IMG/VR virus record: IMGVR_UViG_3300010365_001539
Location: 76 to 64,075 of that record
Reading direction: 5' to 3' (one strand)
From: a virus
Lineage: Duplodnaviria > Heunggongvirae > Uroviricota > Caudoviricetes
Length of the DNA: 64,000 nt
In this document: positions 37,890 through 46,666 of the stretch, in pieces
Position numbering within the stretch: position 1 is the stretch's first letter
How the letters are laid out: the number at the start of each line of letters is the position of its first letter
Notes under the pieces: generated by a model
What the model saw: the letters and a program-made list of their open reading frames with translations, nothing else
What the model was told of the DNA's origin: nothing
Database searches by the model: none
Position numbers and translations under genes: made by a program

Positions 37890-38104
37890 TGTTTAAGAAA
37901 GGACAACATGTACTTTGTATTGATGCAGGTGAAGATAATAAATACAGACTAACTGTTGGTAAATATTATCTAATTGAACATGACCACAATTCAAAAGTTT
38001 ATGTAAAAAATGATAGAGGTGTATCAGGTAATTATTGGGCTGGTAGATTTGATAATGTACAACAAATAAGAGAAGAGAAACTAAAACAATTAGGTATAGA
38101 ATAA
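37889..38104 (+). CDS. small protein of the C-terminal KLxxLGI-motif family
   Basis: Contains LTVGKYYLIEHD...NDRG. Ends QQIREEKLKQLGIE. Confidence 0.5.
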   Translation: MFKKGQHVLCIDAGEDNKYRLTVGKYYLIEHDHNSKVYVKNDRGVSGNYWAGRFDNVQQIREEKLKQLGIE

Positions 38105-38114
38105 TATAATCATT

Positions 38115-38384
38115 ATGTTAAGAAGTGTAATTAAATTAAAAGGTGAAGACCTATTTGTGTACTCAGGTACTTTACAAAACTATATACTATTTCCAACTCC
38201 AAATATATTTGAAGATGATGAAGTTGGTTATGTTCTACAAGACTTAGAAAACTATGTTACTGAAAGTACTAAACCTGGTTTCATTGAAGTAATTAGGTCA
38301 ACAATATCAGCTTCTAAGAAAAGAGAATATGCCAAAATTGAAGATCTTGAAATTAAACAAGTAACAATAAGCATTGAAGACTAA
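38115..38384 (+). CDS. hypothetical protein
   Basis: 89-aa ORF. Confidence 0.45.
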   Translation: MLRSVIKLKGEDLFVYSGTLQNYILFPTPNIFEDDEVGYVLQDLENYVTESTKPGFIEVIRSTISASKKREYAKIEDLEIKQVTISIED

Positions 38385-38716
38385 TCAATAGTTTCCTGAC
38401 ATCTTTTTAAGATTTCTTCCCTGTAAGGACTATCTTTTGCAATATCACTAAATGAACCATTTATCTTTATGATAATAATTGGATCTCTGTGAGGATATTC
38501 TAAATGTTGAACTAATATACTTTTACTATTTACTTTAAATCTAAATGTTGTTTCAGTAGTATCACCACTTGCTCTAAATGTTGGTTTAACTTCTACTTCT
38601 TTTTCCGCATCTTGAATTACATCATCATCAAATGCTTTAAGTATTTCATCACCTTCTGGCTCAGTCCATAAAGATTCTTTATCAAAGTAATCTTCAAATA
38701 TTTTTAAGTATTTCAT
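38381..38716 (-). CDS. leader-family protein (MKYLKIFEDY)
   Basis: 111-aa - strand ORF. Confidence 0.5.
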   Translation of the reverse strand: MKYLKIFEDYFDKESLWTEPEGDEILKAFDDDVIQDAEKEVEVKPTFRASGDTTETTFRFKVNSKSILVQHLEYPHRDPIIIIKINGSFSDIAKDSPYREEILKRCQETID

Positions 38717-38763
38717 TATCTATATATTATTTTTAATATATAATAAAAACTATATTTGAAAAT

Positions 38764-39027
38764 ATGAAATACTTAAAGAAATTTAATGAGTCTGAATCAA
38801 CAGAAATGAGTCGTGAGATAAAAAGACTTCAAGATGAAGCACTTACTAAAAGTTCAAATGTTGCTCTATCGGGTACTAAATGGATTGATGTTGTTAAAAA
38901 TTATTTAGATAAAGAAGGAATTGATGTAAAAGAAACAACAAGTACTAAACTATTAAGTATTATAAGAGAATTAGGTGTACCTGATAATGTAGTTTATACA
39001 ACTCTTGAAGAAGTAAGAAAATTATAA
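38764..39027 (+). CDS. leader-family protein (MKYLKKFNESES)
   Basis: 87-aa + strand ORF. Confidence 0.5.
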   Translation: MKYLKKFNESESTEMSREIKRLQDEALTKSSNVALSGTKWIDVVKNYLDKEGIDVKETTSTKLLSIIRELGVPDNVVYTTLEEVRKL

Positions 39028-39717
39028 AAATTTACTCATATCATTGAATAATCCTTCAATAAACATTCTTAATCCTTTCTCTTTATAAACAAAATAGTTT
39101 ATATAATCTTTTAGAACTTCCTCATTATTACATTGTAATTTAACATAATAAGATTCATTTTTCTTAGCACAAGAAACTGGATGTATTTCAAAGTATAATC
39201 TATCAACTTTAGTTAATTCCATTGAATTAAAATCACTAACCTCATGTAATGTATTAAATGGTGAAATAAGCTCAGGTGAATAGTTTTTATTTTCATAAAC
39301 AATATACTTATAATTAAATGTTTCTTCCACTGTATAAAATTCATCTTTAATATATTTAGAATACCAATCATCAATATGATTATTCTTATCAAAACCTATT
39401 TCTATACTTTCTAAGGTAGGTTGCCAGTAAACCTTGTACAAATTGTCATCATAGAACTTTAATTGCTCTAAAACCTCTGAAAATGTGTTAAATTGATAGT
39501 ATTCAAATGGTTGTTCACCTGGTTTACCAGTATCTTTCTTACCATCATATTTACTTACCATAAATTGGTCTCCATTATTATAAATAGTAAATGTTACTTT
39601 ATCTTCTGATAAAATGTGAAATCTTGTTATTCCATTATCAACTGGGATATAATCTAAGTCATTTAACTCAATATATTCAATTAATCTTTGTTTATTTTGT
39701 TCATTTATTACTTCCAT
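39022..39717 (-). CDS. hypothetical protein
   Basis: 231-aa - strand ORF, first gene of a - strand block. Confidence 0.5.
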   Translation of the reverse strand: MEVINEQNKQRLIEYIELNDLDYIPVDNGITRFHILSEDKVTFTIYNNGDQFMVSKYDGKKDTGKPGEQPFEYYQFNTFSEVLEQLKFYDDNLYKVYWQPTLESIEIGFDKNNHIDDWYSKYIKDEFYTVEETFNYKYIVYENKNYSPELISPFNTLHEVSDFNSMELTKVDRLYFEIHPVSCAKKNESYYVKLQCNNEEVLKDYINYFVYKEKGLRMFIEGLFNDMSKFL

Positions 39718-39723
39718 AATTAA

Positions 39724-40170
39724 TTACTTTCTTATTTTATAATCCTGTATATAAAATCTTATACTTACTAAATCTTTTAACAAGGTAGGTGTTAAATTAT
39801 CATTTATTAAATCATCAATCTGAACTTGATGAAATCCAAATGTGTTAAAAATGGCACCATTCATGAATAAATATTTCTCATTACACATCTCTATAAATGG
39901 AATAAAATCATCTTTAATTTCTTCCCAAGTAAATTTTTCTACTTTAATAGTATTATATTCATCAACTTCACCTTTCTTCTTTAGTATAGAAAATTCTGGT
40001 AAATAACCCTTTATGGGATTATATGACTTTCTACCAACTGATACCGAGAACCCATCATCAATTAAATAAGCTAAACTATCATTTGCAAAATTTCTAAGGT
40101 CATCTACTAACTTTATTAAATTAGGATCAGTCATTCCATTAAACTCTTCATTATATTTTAAGTATCTCAT
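39724..40170 (-). CDS. leader-family protein (MRYLKYNEEF), LAYLxDDGF / WEEIKDDFIPF subfamily
   Basis: 148-aa - strand ORF. Confidence 0.55.
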   Translation of the reverse strand: MRYLKYNEEFNGMTDPNLIKLVDDLRNFANDSLAYLIDDGFSVSVGRKSYNPIKGYLPEFSILKKKGEVDEYNTIKVEKFTWEEIKDDFIPFIEMCNEKYLFMNGAIFNTFGFHQVQIDDLINDNLTPTLLKDLVSIRFYIQDYKIRK

Positions 40171-40961
40171 TCTTTAAACCATTCTTTTGTATAATCTTCT
40201 TCTGCACTTTCCTGTTCTAACAATACAACTGGACCACTACACCATATTTGTTTATCATAACTAACATCAAAATTATCATCATAAGTAAGTAATTTAAAGC
40301 CTCTTTTCTCAGGATTAAATAGTTCATCTTTTATGAAGTTAAAACAATCTTCACCATTGTAATCTCCATCACCTAACTCTCTATACATTATATCAAGAAA
40401 CTTACAACCATCACAATTCTCAATTTCAGGTACACCTAATTCTTTTAATCTTGTTTCAATAGTACCACCATCTAATTGTTCCCAATTATCAGGATCTATA
40501 TGACATAATTCTAAAAAATCACTAGTGGCATAAATATATTGTCCAAACTCATAACCATATTTAGAAAAACTTTCCCATATTGTAGCAGATGGACAAACAC
40601 CAATTTTAATATTATCAAAAGGAACCATTTCATATAAAGTATTACCATAACTTGGTAATTCATCAGACAATCCAATTATTCCTTCACTATACTTAGGATA
40701 TTCTTTCCAGCAATCTAAATTATCCATTAATACTACATGTAATTGTATATTCTCAATAGAACCTCTATAAGTCCCTCTTGCATCAGTATAAACAAATGGA
40801 CCCATATCTTTTTGACTTCTAAATAGTGTAGAATGAGCATTACCATCAAGCCAAACTTTACAATTAACATTAATCATTTCTCTTACCTCAGATTTGGTAA
40901 GAGATTTAGAACCTCTACTATTAAGAGTTTCAAATACTTTATACCTATTTAGATGTTTCAT
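40167..40961 (-). CDS. leader-family protein (MKHLNRYKVFE), 264 aa
   Basis: - strand ORF with an ATGA overlap to the downstream gene. Confidence 0.5.
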   Translation of the reverse strand: MKHLNRYKVFETLNSRGSKSLTKSEVREMINVNCKVWLDGNAHSTLFRSQKDMGPFVYTDARGTYRGSIENIQLHVVLMDNLDCWKEYPKYSEGIIGLSDELPSYGNTLYEMVPFDNIKIGVCPSATIWESFSKYGYEFGQYIYATSDFLELCHIDPDNWEQLDGGTIETRLKELGVPEIENCDGCKFLDIMYRELGDGDYNGEDCFNFIKDELFNPEKRGFKLLTYDDNFDVSYDKQIWCSGPVVLLEQESAEEDYTKEWFKE

Positions 40962-41400
40962 CCTCCAATTTAATTTTAATTCTAAATATACTTATTTTTG
41001 GTACATCTTTATGAAATGTATGATTCTTATCTATTCTTCTTTGTATAAAATGACTATATTCCACTTCATTATAATTTATACCATCAATCATATAAGAAAA
41101 TTCAATGGGATATTCTTTTAAGTAATCTGTAACCATTTCCATATACTCATATATATCACTGAAATTATAACTCTTATTATATGATGTACCATCTCTTAGT
41201 TGACTTTTAGTTACTGTAATATCAATCTCATATCTACCAACATTATCTTTCATGTACAACCACTGTAACTTTTCTTTATTATCAGTAATCTCAACATCAA
41301 ATTCAATGTCTGTTAGTTCAACACACATATTTTTAATATCAGATTTTATTTTATCAACTATTGATGTTGTTAATCCTTCAAATGTTTTTAAGTATTTCAT
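40945..41400 (-). CDS. leader-family protein (MKYLKTFEGL)
   Basis: 151-aa - strand ORF. Confidence 0.5.
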   Translation of the reverse strand: MKYLKTFEGLTTSIVDKIKSDIKNMCVELTDIEFDVEITDNKEKLQWLYMKDNVGRYEIDITVTKSQLRDGTSYNKSYNFSDIYEYMEMVTDYLKEYPIEFSYMIDGINYNEVEYSHFIQRRIDKNHTFHKDVPKISIFRIKIKLEDETSK

Positions 41401-41452
41401 ATTTTTTATATATTAATTTGGTCAACTCGAATTACTACCTTATATTTGTACT

Positions 41453-41752
41453 ATGAAAAAAATACTATTAACATTAGCATTAGTAGCAACTCTTATTAGT
41501 TGTAAGCAACCTATCTTAAAAGATGGTACTGAACCAGAAGTTAAAGAAATACCTAAACCTAAAAAAGTAGTAGTTGTACAAAGAATCTCACTATCAGAAG
41601 GTAAATACCAAGAATTTATTGTAAGTGGTAAAGGATTTGAGTTTAGAACAAAAGAATTAACATTTGGTGTTAGAGATACTATTGTAATTCAAGGTGAATA
41701 TGTTTATCCAAAAATTGACTCTACTCAAACCATTAAAAAGAATTGGCTATGA
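41453..41752 (+). CDS. lipoprotein
   Basis: MKKILLTLALVATLISCKQP (lipobox LISC). Preceded by TATATTTG. Confidence 0.5.
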   Translation: MKKILLTLALVATLISCKQPILKDGTEPEVKEIPKPKKVVVVQRISLSEGKYQEFIVSGKGFEFRTKELTFGVRDTIVIQGEYVYPKIDSTQTIKKNWL

Positions 41753-41949
41753 AAATAAAAATATTTAAACAAAAAGTAAGACTTGAAACAATAATTGTAA
41801 TTTCAATGTTAGCTCTTATATTATTAGGTCTTACAAGTTGTAATGCAGAGAAAAGAATTTACAACTATAGTTACACTGATAGTTGGTACTATGAACAAAA
41901 TCAAAGATACCAAGTTTATCAAACTGCAAGAGGTAACAAATACAATTGA
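41743..41949 (+). CDS. small lipoprotein-like ORF; the downstream +1 frame carries an orphan C-terminal family motif
   Basis: Contains LLGLTSC. After its stop, the +1 frame reads ...TIEELREQKLKELGIYV*. Confidence 0.35.
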   Translation: MAMKIKIFKQKVRLETIIVISMLALILLGLTSCNAEKRIYNYSYTDSWYYEQNQRYQVYQTARGNKYN

Positions 41950-41987
41950 AGAGTTAAGAGAACAAAAATTAAAAGAACTAGGAATAT

Positions 41988-42224
41988 ATGTATAGTAGAT
42001 TAAAAAAAATACCTGAAAATAGTGATAGACTTGTACTCAATCAAGTATATGAGATTAAACCAATTGATGAAGAAATGTATAAATCAAACCACTTTATACT
42101 TGAGAATAAAGAAATCTGGTGGGAAGTATTTCAAGATGGAATATCAATGGGACTATATGATAGAAAATGTTTTGAAAAATTAAGTGAAGTAAGAAATCAG
42201 AAATTAAAACAATTAGGATTATGA
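41988..42224 (+). CDS. small protein of the C-terminal KLxxLGI-motif family
   Basis: Ends VRNQKLKQLGL with an ATGA overlap. Confidence 0.5.
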   Translation: MYSRLKKIPENSDRLVLNQVYEIKPIDEEMYKSNHFILENKEIWWEVFQDGISMGLYDRKCFEKLSEVRNQKLKQLGL

Positions 42225-42466
42225 TATACAAGAAAGGTGAGTTTGTAAAATGTAAAAGTATGAAAATTGAAACACTAAGAGGTTGGATTACTTATCCTGT
42301 TACTGTTGGTAAACTATATGAGATACAAAGAGATAGTTATGCATGTGATATTATAAATGATAGAGGAACTACAGTTACATTTGAATCAATAAAAGCAGAA
42401 GAACTATTTATGAATATGGCAGAAATCAGAGAAGAAAAATTAAATAAAATATTATATGAAGAGTAA
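42221..42466 (+). CDS. small protein of the C-terminal motif family
   Basis: Contains VTVGKLYEI...NDRG. Ends IREEKLNKILYEE. Confidence 0.5.
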   Translation: MIYKKGEFVKCKSMKIETLRGWITYPVTVGKLYEIQRDSYACDIINDRGTTVTFESIKAEELFMNMAEIREEKLNKILYEE

Positions 42467-42716
42467 CAATTTAGAATTAGTAAATGATGTAATAGATTTT
42501 ATTATATCAGATTCACCAGACTTTAGAGAAAGAGATTCAAAAGTTCTATTCTCAACAATTTTTAAAGAAGCAAGTGAAATAAACATTGGTGATTATAGAT
42601 TTGATGAAGATATGTATGAGTTAAGAATAAATAACAAATTAACTGTATTTGTAGTTAAGGACCATTTCCATAAGTGGAGTATTAGAAACAAAGCATTAAA
42701 TTTATTAGGAATTTAA
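42456..42716 (+). CDS. small protein of the C-terminal motif family
   Basis: Ends IRNKALNLLGI. Confidence 0.45.
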   Translation: MKSNNLELVNDVIDFIISDSPDFRERDSKVLFSTIFKEASEINIGDYRFDEDMYELRINNKLTVFVVKDHFHKWSIRNKALNLLGI

Positions 42717-42842
42717 TCTAACTTTTTTGGTAATTAAAATATAAGTTGTATATTTGCTCTGTGGTTAATATGATAGATAGAGGGTATCAGGTTAGATAAT
42801 ACTATGACAATTTATAGATATGAGGTTATGACCACAATTTTT

Positions 42843-42914
42843 GGCCCCATCGTCTATCGGTTAGGACGCCAGGTTTTCATCCTGGAAAGTCGGGTTCGAC
42901 TCCCGGTGGGGCTA
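42843..42914 (+). tRNA. tRNA-Glu (anticodon TTC)
   Basis: Cloverleaf: acceptor GGCCCCA/TGGGGCT, D-arm GTC-TATCGGTTAG-GAC, anticodon stem CCAGG/CCTGG with loop TTTTCAT, T-arm TCGGG-TTCGACT-CCCGG, discriminator A. TATATTTG lies about 75 nt upstream. Confidence 0.65.
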
Positions 42915-43024
42915 CTCCGTTTCTCACAACAGAAGAGTAAAACCACTTAATGATTAGTTGGTGAGGTAACAGCTCACAAAGGTTACTAAGTGCTGAGATA
43001 GGGGTTTCCACCTATTGTTACTCA

Positions 43025-43058
43025 AAAGAGTGTTAGATTTTTCTAACACTCTTTTTTT
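43025..43058 (+). terminator. rho-independent terminator
   Basis: AAAGAGTGTTAGA-TTTTT-CTAACACTCTTTTTTTAT. Confidence 0.7.
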
Positions 43059-43085
43059 ATATATAGATAAAATATAATTTCTATA

Positions 43086-43679
43086 ATGAAACACTTAAAC
43101 AAGTTTAAAACCTTTGAAGAAAAATATATCTTAGATGATATTCTATCTGTTAATGAAGGAGTAGGTTCTATAATTGATAAAGTTAAAGACTATGCAAGAA
43201 AAGGTTTATTAACTGCAACTTTAATAACTACACTATTGGCTTCTCCAAAAATATCTGCCCAAGATAAAGAAACAATAAAAGAAATAACTAAAACTGAAAC
43301 TGCAGCACCAACTTATGCAGAGAAGAGAGCTGCTGCACTTGTTAAGAGAGCTAATAATAGAAAACTAATGAGTGACCAATATATAAAATCTGCAATAATT
43401 GCAGGATATGGTGAAGCAATGACTGATGAAGATTTTGCAATTGCATTGGAAAAAGATGATAAGACTATTGAAGATGTTGATAAAGATATTTGTTATAGAG
43501 AAATTGGTGGTACTAAATTTAAAGTTAATCTTAAAAGATATAGAAAGTTTAGAGATAAACAAGGTAAACAAGAAGATGTACCACAAGAAGGTTTACAAGA
43601 TCCAAGTTTCACATCAACATCTTGTGGTATTTCAAAAGCACATGCCAAAGAAGATAAGAAAGAGTGGAGTAAAAAATAA
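43086..43679 (+). CDS. leader-family protein (MKHLNKFKTFEE) with an internal hydrophobic segment
   Basis: 197-aa ORF with LLTATLITTLLASPKISAQ after the leader. Confidence 0.5.
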   Translation: MKHLNKFKTFEEKYILDDILSVNEGVGSIIDKVKDYARKGLLTATLITTLLASPKISAQDKETIKEITKTETAAPTYAEKRAAALVKRANNRKLMSDQYIKSAIIAGYGEAMTDEDFAIALEKDDKTIEDVDKDICYREIGGTKFKVNLKRYRKFRDKQGKQEDVPQEGLQDPSFTSTSCGISKAHAKEDKKEWSKK

Positions 43680-43690
43680 TAAAAATAATA

Positions 43691-43721
43691 AGTGTTAAAC
43701 TAATCTTTAACACTTTTTTTA
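43691..43721 (+). terminator. rho-independent terminator
   Basis: AGTGTTAAA-CTAATC-TTTAACACTTTTTTT. Confidence 0.65.
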
Positions 43722-44014
43722 TGTATATTTGTATTATGAAAACTATATCAATAATTTTAATTGCAATTGTCATACTATTTGTATTGGGTATGATTAATCA
43801 CTATGCCATCAATTCTCATGAATCTGATATTAGAAAACATTTTACAGAACAAAATAAGGAAGTTAAAACTTGTGAATACCAATTTACTACAATAGGTTCA
43901 CCATTCTTTTATTGTAATAAAGGACAATATATCTTCAAAGTAGAACTTACTGATGGAGAAGTTTGGTGGGTAAGAACAGGTATGTTCTCAAATGATTATG
44001 AAAAAGATAAATAA
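43721..44014 (+). CDS. membrane-anchored hypothetical protein
   Basis: 97 aa with an N-terminal TM segment. Preceded by TATATTTG. Confidence 0.45.
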   Translation: MYICIMKTISIILIAIVILFVLGMINHYAINSHESDIRKHFTEQNKEVKTCEYQFTTIGSPFFYCNKGQYIFKVELTDGEVWWVRTGMFSNDYEKDK

Positions 44015-44448
44015 TGAAAGATAAACTAATACAACTAATTAAACAACTAGCAAATAAGAGGGAATTTGATAAGTTAAGATTTTCTCTTACTATTAATTTT
44101 GAGAAACTTATAAATGAACATAGATCAAAAGATATGTTCTATGATAATACAGAAAAAATAATTGATATAATCAACTCTAAAGAAGTTGTCAGTAGTTTTA
44201 ACTTTACTTTATATGAAAGTGATGAAAGTAAAACTGATGATTATAATGAAGAAAGATATGAACAATATTGGTTTGAAACCAAATTAATATTCCATGGTAA
44301 GAAAAAAATTAAAACCAATTTCAACTTCTTATCTAAAGGATTATCAATTAGTTTTTTGGAAAAAGAAAATAAAACTATTGAGGAACTAATTGAAATAAAT
44401 GAGTTCTATAAATCAACAAGTCAAAAATTACATAAGCTATTGAAGTAA
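44014..44448 (+). CDS. hypothetical protein
   Basis: 144-aa ORF. Confidence 0.45.
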   Translation: MKDKLIQLIKQLANKREFDKLRFSLTINFEKLINEHRSKDMFYDNTEKIIDIINSKEVVSSFNFTLYESDESKTDDYNEERYEQYWFETKLIFHGKKKIKTNFNFLSKGLSISFLEKENKTIEELIEINEFYKSTSQKLHKLLK

Positions 44449-44678
44449 TGAAGTTCTTATGTAAAATATTTGGGCATCACTGGGGACATGGTTATGAACA
44501 TAGAAAAGATATGAAATCAAACCCACCAGGTCTTCCATTACTTGAAGAAGTAAGATGTTGTTTTAGATGTAAAGTAAAAGAGTTTGCACACTGGGATAGT
44601 AAAACAGGTGAATATAATTTTTTCCCAACTATTGCAGAGCAAAGAGATATTAAACTAAGAAAGTTAGGAATAAAATAA
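44448..44678 (+). CDS. Cys/His-rich small protein of the C-terminal motif family
   Basis: CKIFGHHWGH...CCFRC. Ends QRDIKLRKLGIK. Confidence 0.45.
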   Translation: MKFLCKIFGHHWGHGYEHRKDMKSNPPGLPLLEEVRCCFRCKVKEFAHWDSKTGEYNFFPTIAEQRDIKLRKLGIK

Positions 44679-44860
44679 TGGAGAATGAGAATCTTATAGA
44701 GATAAAAATTAAATGTGAGACTTGTAAAGAACCTTTTGAAACTTTATTTGTAGTGAAAGATGGTCAACCTTATGACTACTGTTGCTCTATTAAATGTTAT
44801 AATGTGTATCATTCAATAGAGAATATAAGAGATAGAAAAATAAAAAGTATAATAAATTGA
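44678..44860 (+). CDS. Cys-rich small protein (C-x2-C ... CC-x3-C)
   Basis: 60 aa. Ends IRDRKIKSIIN. Confidence 0.4.
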   Translation: MENENLIEIKIKCETCKEPFETLFVVKDGQPYDYCCSIKCYNVYHSIENIRDRKIKSIIN

Positions 44861-45090
44861 AAACTGTTGATGGATATTTAGTTCCAGAAGAACATCTTGA
44901 AATAATTAGAAATACTTGTAAACTACAAAATGGTTTAGACTTTCATATAACTCTTATACAGAAGATGAAAACTGCATATGAAGTAGAAGGTACTTATAAT
45001 GGTATTGATCGATTATACACTGCTGAAATTGAATTTGATTATATTAAAACAGAAATTAGAAATAATAGAATAAATAAAATATTAGAATGA
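44857..45090 (+). CDS. hypothetical protein (ends IRNNRINKILE)
   Basis: 77-aa ORF. Confidence 0.45.
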   Translation: MKTVDGYLVPEEHLEIIRNTCKLQNGLDFHITLIQKMKTAYEVEGTYNGIDRLYTAEIEFDYIKTEIRNNRINKILE

Positions 45091-45509
45091 AAGTCATATT
45101 TACAGACATTGATGGTGTGTTAAATCCTCACTGGAAAACCAAGTGGAGTAAGTCTGCTATATCAATATACAATCAAATCTGTCAGGAATATGATTTAAAA
45201 CCTGTAATTAGTTCTACTTGGAGAATTAACCATACAAAAGAACAATTACAAAAGATATTTGATGAACAAGGTATTGAAGTGGAAATCTATGATTATACAC
45301 CACATCTTGACCAAAAAGACAGAGGATTAGAGATAAAAGAGTGGTTAAACAACAATAAAGTTGATAATTATGTTGTAATTGATGATATTGTACACAATAT
45401 TACACCTCATGTTGATAATGTAATTAAAGTTAGAAATTGGGTGGGTTTAACCACAGAAGAATATATTGAAATGAAAAAAATATTAGATAATGGCAATGAT
45501 GACAAATAG
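45087..45509 (+). CDS. HAD-superfamily phosphatase-like protein
   Basis: N-terminal motif I FTDIDGVLN (DxDG[TV]). A later hhhDD acidic motif (VVIDDIV). Confidence 0.55.
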   Translation: MKVIFTDIDGVLNPHWKTKWSKSAISIYNQICQEYDLKPVISSTWRINHTKEQLQKIFDEQGIEVEIYDYTPHLDQKDRGLEIKEWLNNNKVDNYVVIDDIVHNITPHVDNVIKVRNWVGLTTEEYIEMKKILDNGNDDK

Positions 45510-45783
45510 CTATAACCAAAGTTATAGAGGAGCTGGTAGAAGTAAAAGTACAACAACTACAAGTGTACAACCTGAAATGGAAATAGTACTTAATAAACAA
45601 GAAGTTATTTATACAGATCAAGATAATAGACATTTACTTGTTACTAGAATACAAACAAATAATAGAGCTTATTGGATGTATAATAATGAGATATTGGAAA
45701 CTGATGATGGTTTTGAAGAAATGTATAGAGTAGTAAATAGAGATTCTAAAATTGATACTATACTAAGTAATGAATTGGGATAA
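45490..45783 (+). CDS. hypothetical protein
   Basis: 97-aa ORF. C-terminal RDSKIDTILSNELG motif variant. Confidence 0.4.
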   Translation: MAMMTNSYNQSYRGAGRSKSTTTTSVQPEMEIVLNKQEVIYTDQDNRHLLVTRIQTNNRAYWMYNNEILETDDGFEEMYRVVNRDSKIDTILSNELG

Positions 45784-46102
45784 AGAGTTTTACTATGTAG
45801 AATGTCATACATCATTCACCTATTCTTATGGTAAAATAACAACTGATGTAAATGAATTTGATCCTATTTTCATTAAAGGATTAGTTTATAAAATGACAAT
45901 AGAACATACAAAAAGTCCTGGAATTAAAGATTATTTAGCAGGATGGGTAAAGTATGATACTTGTAATAACTATGGACCTGGTGGTAGATTTATGGTTGAA
46001 GGGGATAGTAATGGTTGGTTAAAAAATCACTATACAGAATTTTTTTTAACACCAACACAAACAGAAAGAGAACAAAAATTAAAAGAATTGTTATATGAGT
46101 AA
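45770..46102 (+). CDS. hypothetical protein (ends EREQKLKELLYE)
   Basis: 110-aa ORF. Confidence 0.45.
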   Translation: MNWDKEFYYVECHTSFTYSYGKITTDVNEFDPIFIKGLVYKMTIEHTKSPGIKDYLAGWVKYDTCNNYGPGGRFMVEGDSNGWLKNHYTEFFLTPTQTEREQKLKELLYE

Positions 46103-46182
46103 TACAGAATTAATAGTAAAGTCATTCTTTACAATAGTAGTATTAGTAGTAGCAATTTATCATATTAAAAAATATATAAAAA

Positions 46183-46539
46183 ATGAAAGATAAAATAGAA
46201 TTTGCAGAGTTTTTAGATATACAATCTAAATTAGAAATTAAAGTAGGTACAATTCAATCAGTAACTGATGTACCTAAATCAGACAAACTTATTAAATTAG
46301 AAATTGACTTTGGTGAAGACCAATTTAGAACTGTTGTAACAAATATTAAACCTTCATTAGGTGAAGATTATGTTGCTAATTTAACAGGCAAAACATTATT
46401 ATTTGTTACTAACTTAAAACCAGTTAAGATGATGGGTATTGAATCAACCGCAATGATTATGCCAGGATTCTATGATGATTGGGCAGGTAGACTATCACTA
46501 TCAACAATACATTCTAAACCAGGACTTTCAATACTATAA
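46183..46539 (+). CDS. tRNA-binding domain protein (Trbp111/CsaA/EMAP-like OB fold)
   Basis: FLDIQSKLEIKVGTIQSV...SDKLIKLEIDFGED...KTLLFVTNLKPVKMMGIESTAMIM matches the tRNA_bind (Myf) domain pattern found in Trbp111, CsaA and the MetRS C-terminus. Confidence 0.6.
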   Translation: MKDKIEFAEFLDIQSKLEIKVGTIQSVTDVPKSDKLIKLEIDFGEDQFRTVVTNIKPSLGEDYVANLTGKTLLFVTNLKPVKMMGIESTAMIMPGFYDDWAGRLSLSTIHSKPGLSIL

Positions 46540-46666
46540 TGAAAGTCCTTGTTTGGTTTTAAAAACTATTTGTAAAAGAGGAAACATTTGATAGCTTCTT
46601 AAAAGAATTAGTTAAGGAAAGAAGAGAAGCTAAGTATGTTAAGGGTACAAGAGATACTGGACCTCA

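Noticed and set aside
43426-43698. ORF 43426..43698 (90 aa)
   Set aside because: It is an alternative frame fully inside the better-supported leader-family gene 43086..43679 and has a lysine-rich, low-complexity translation.
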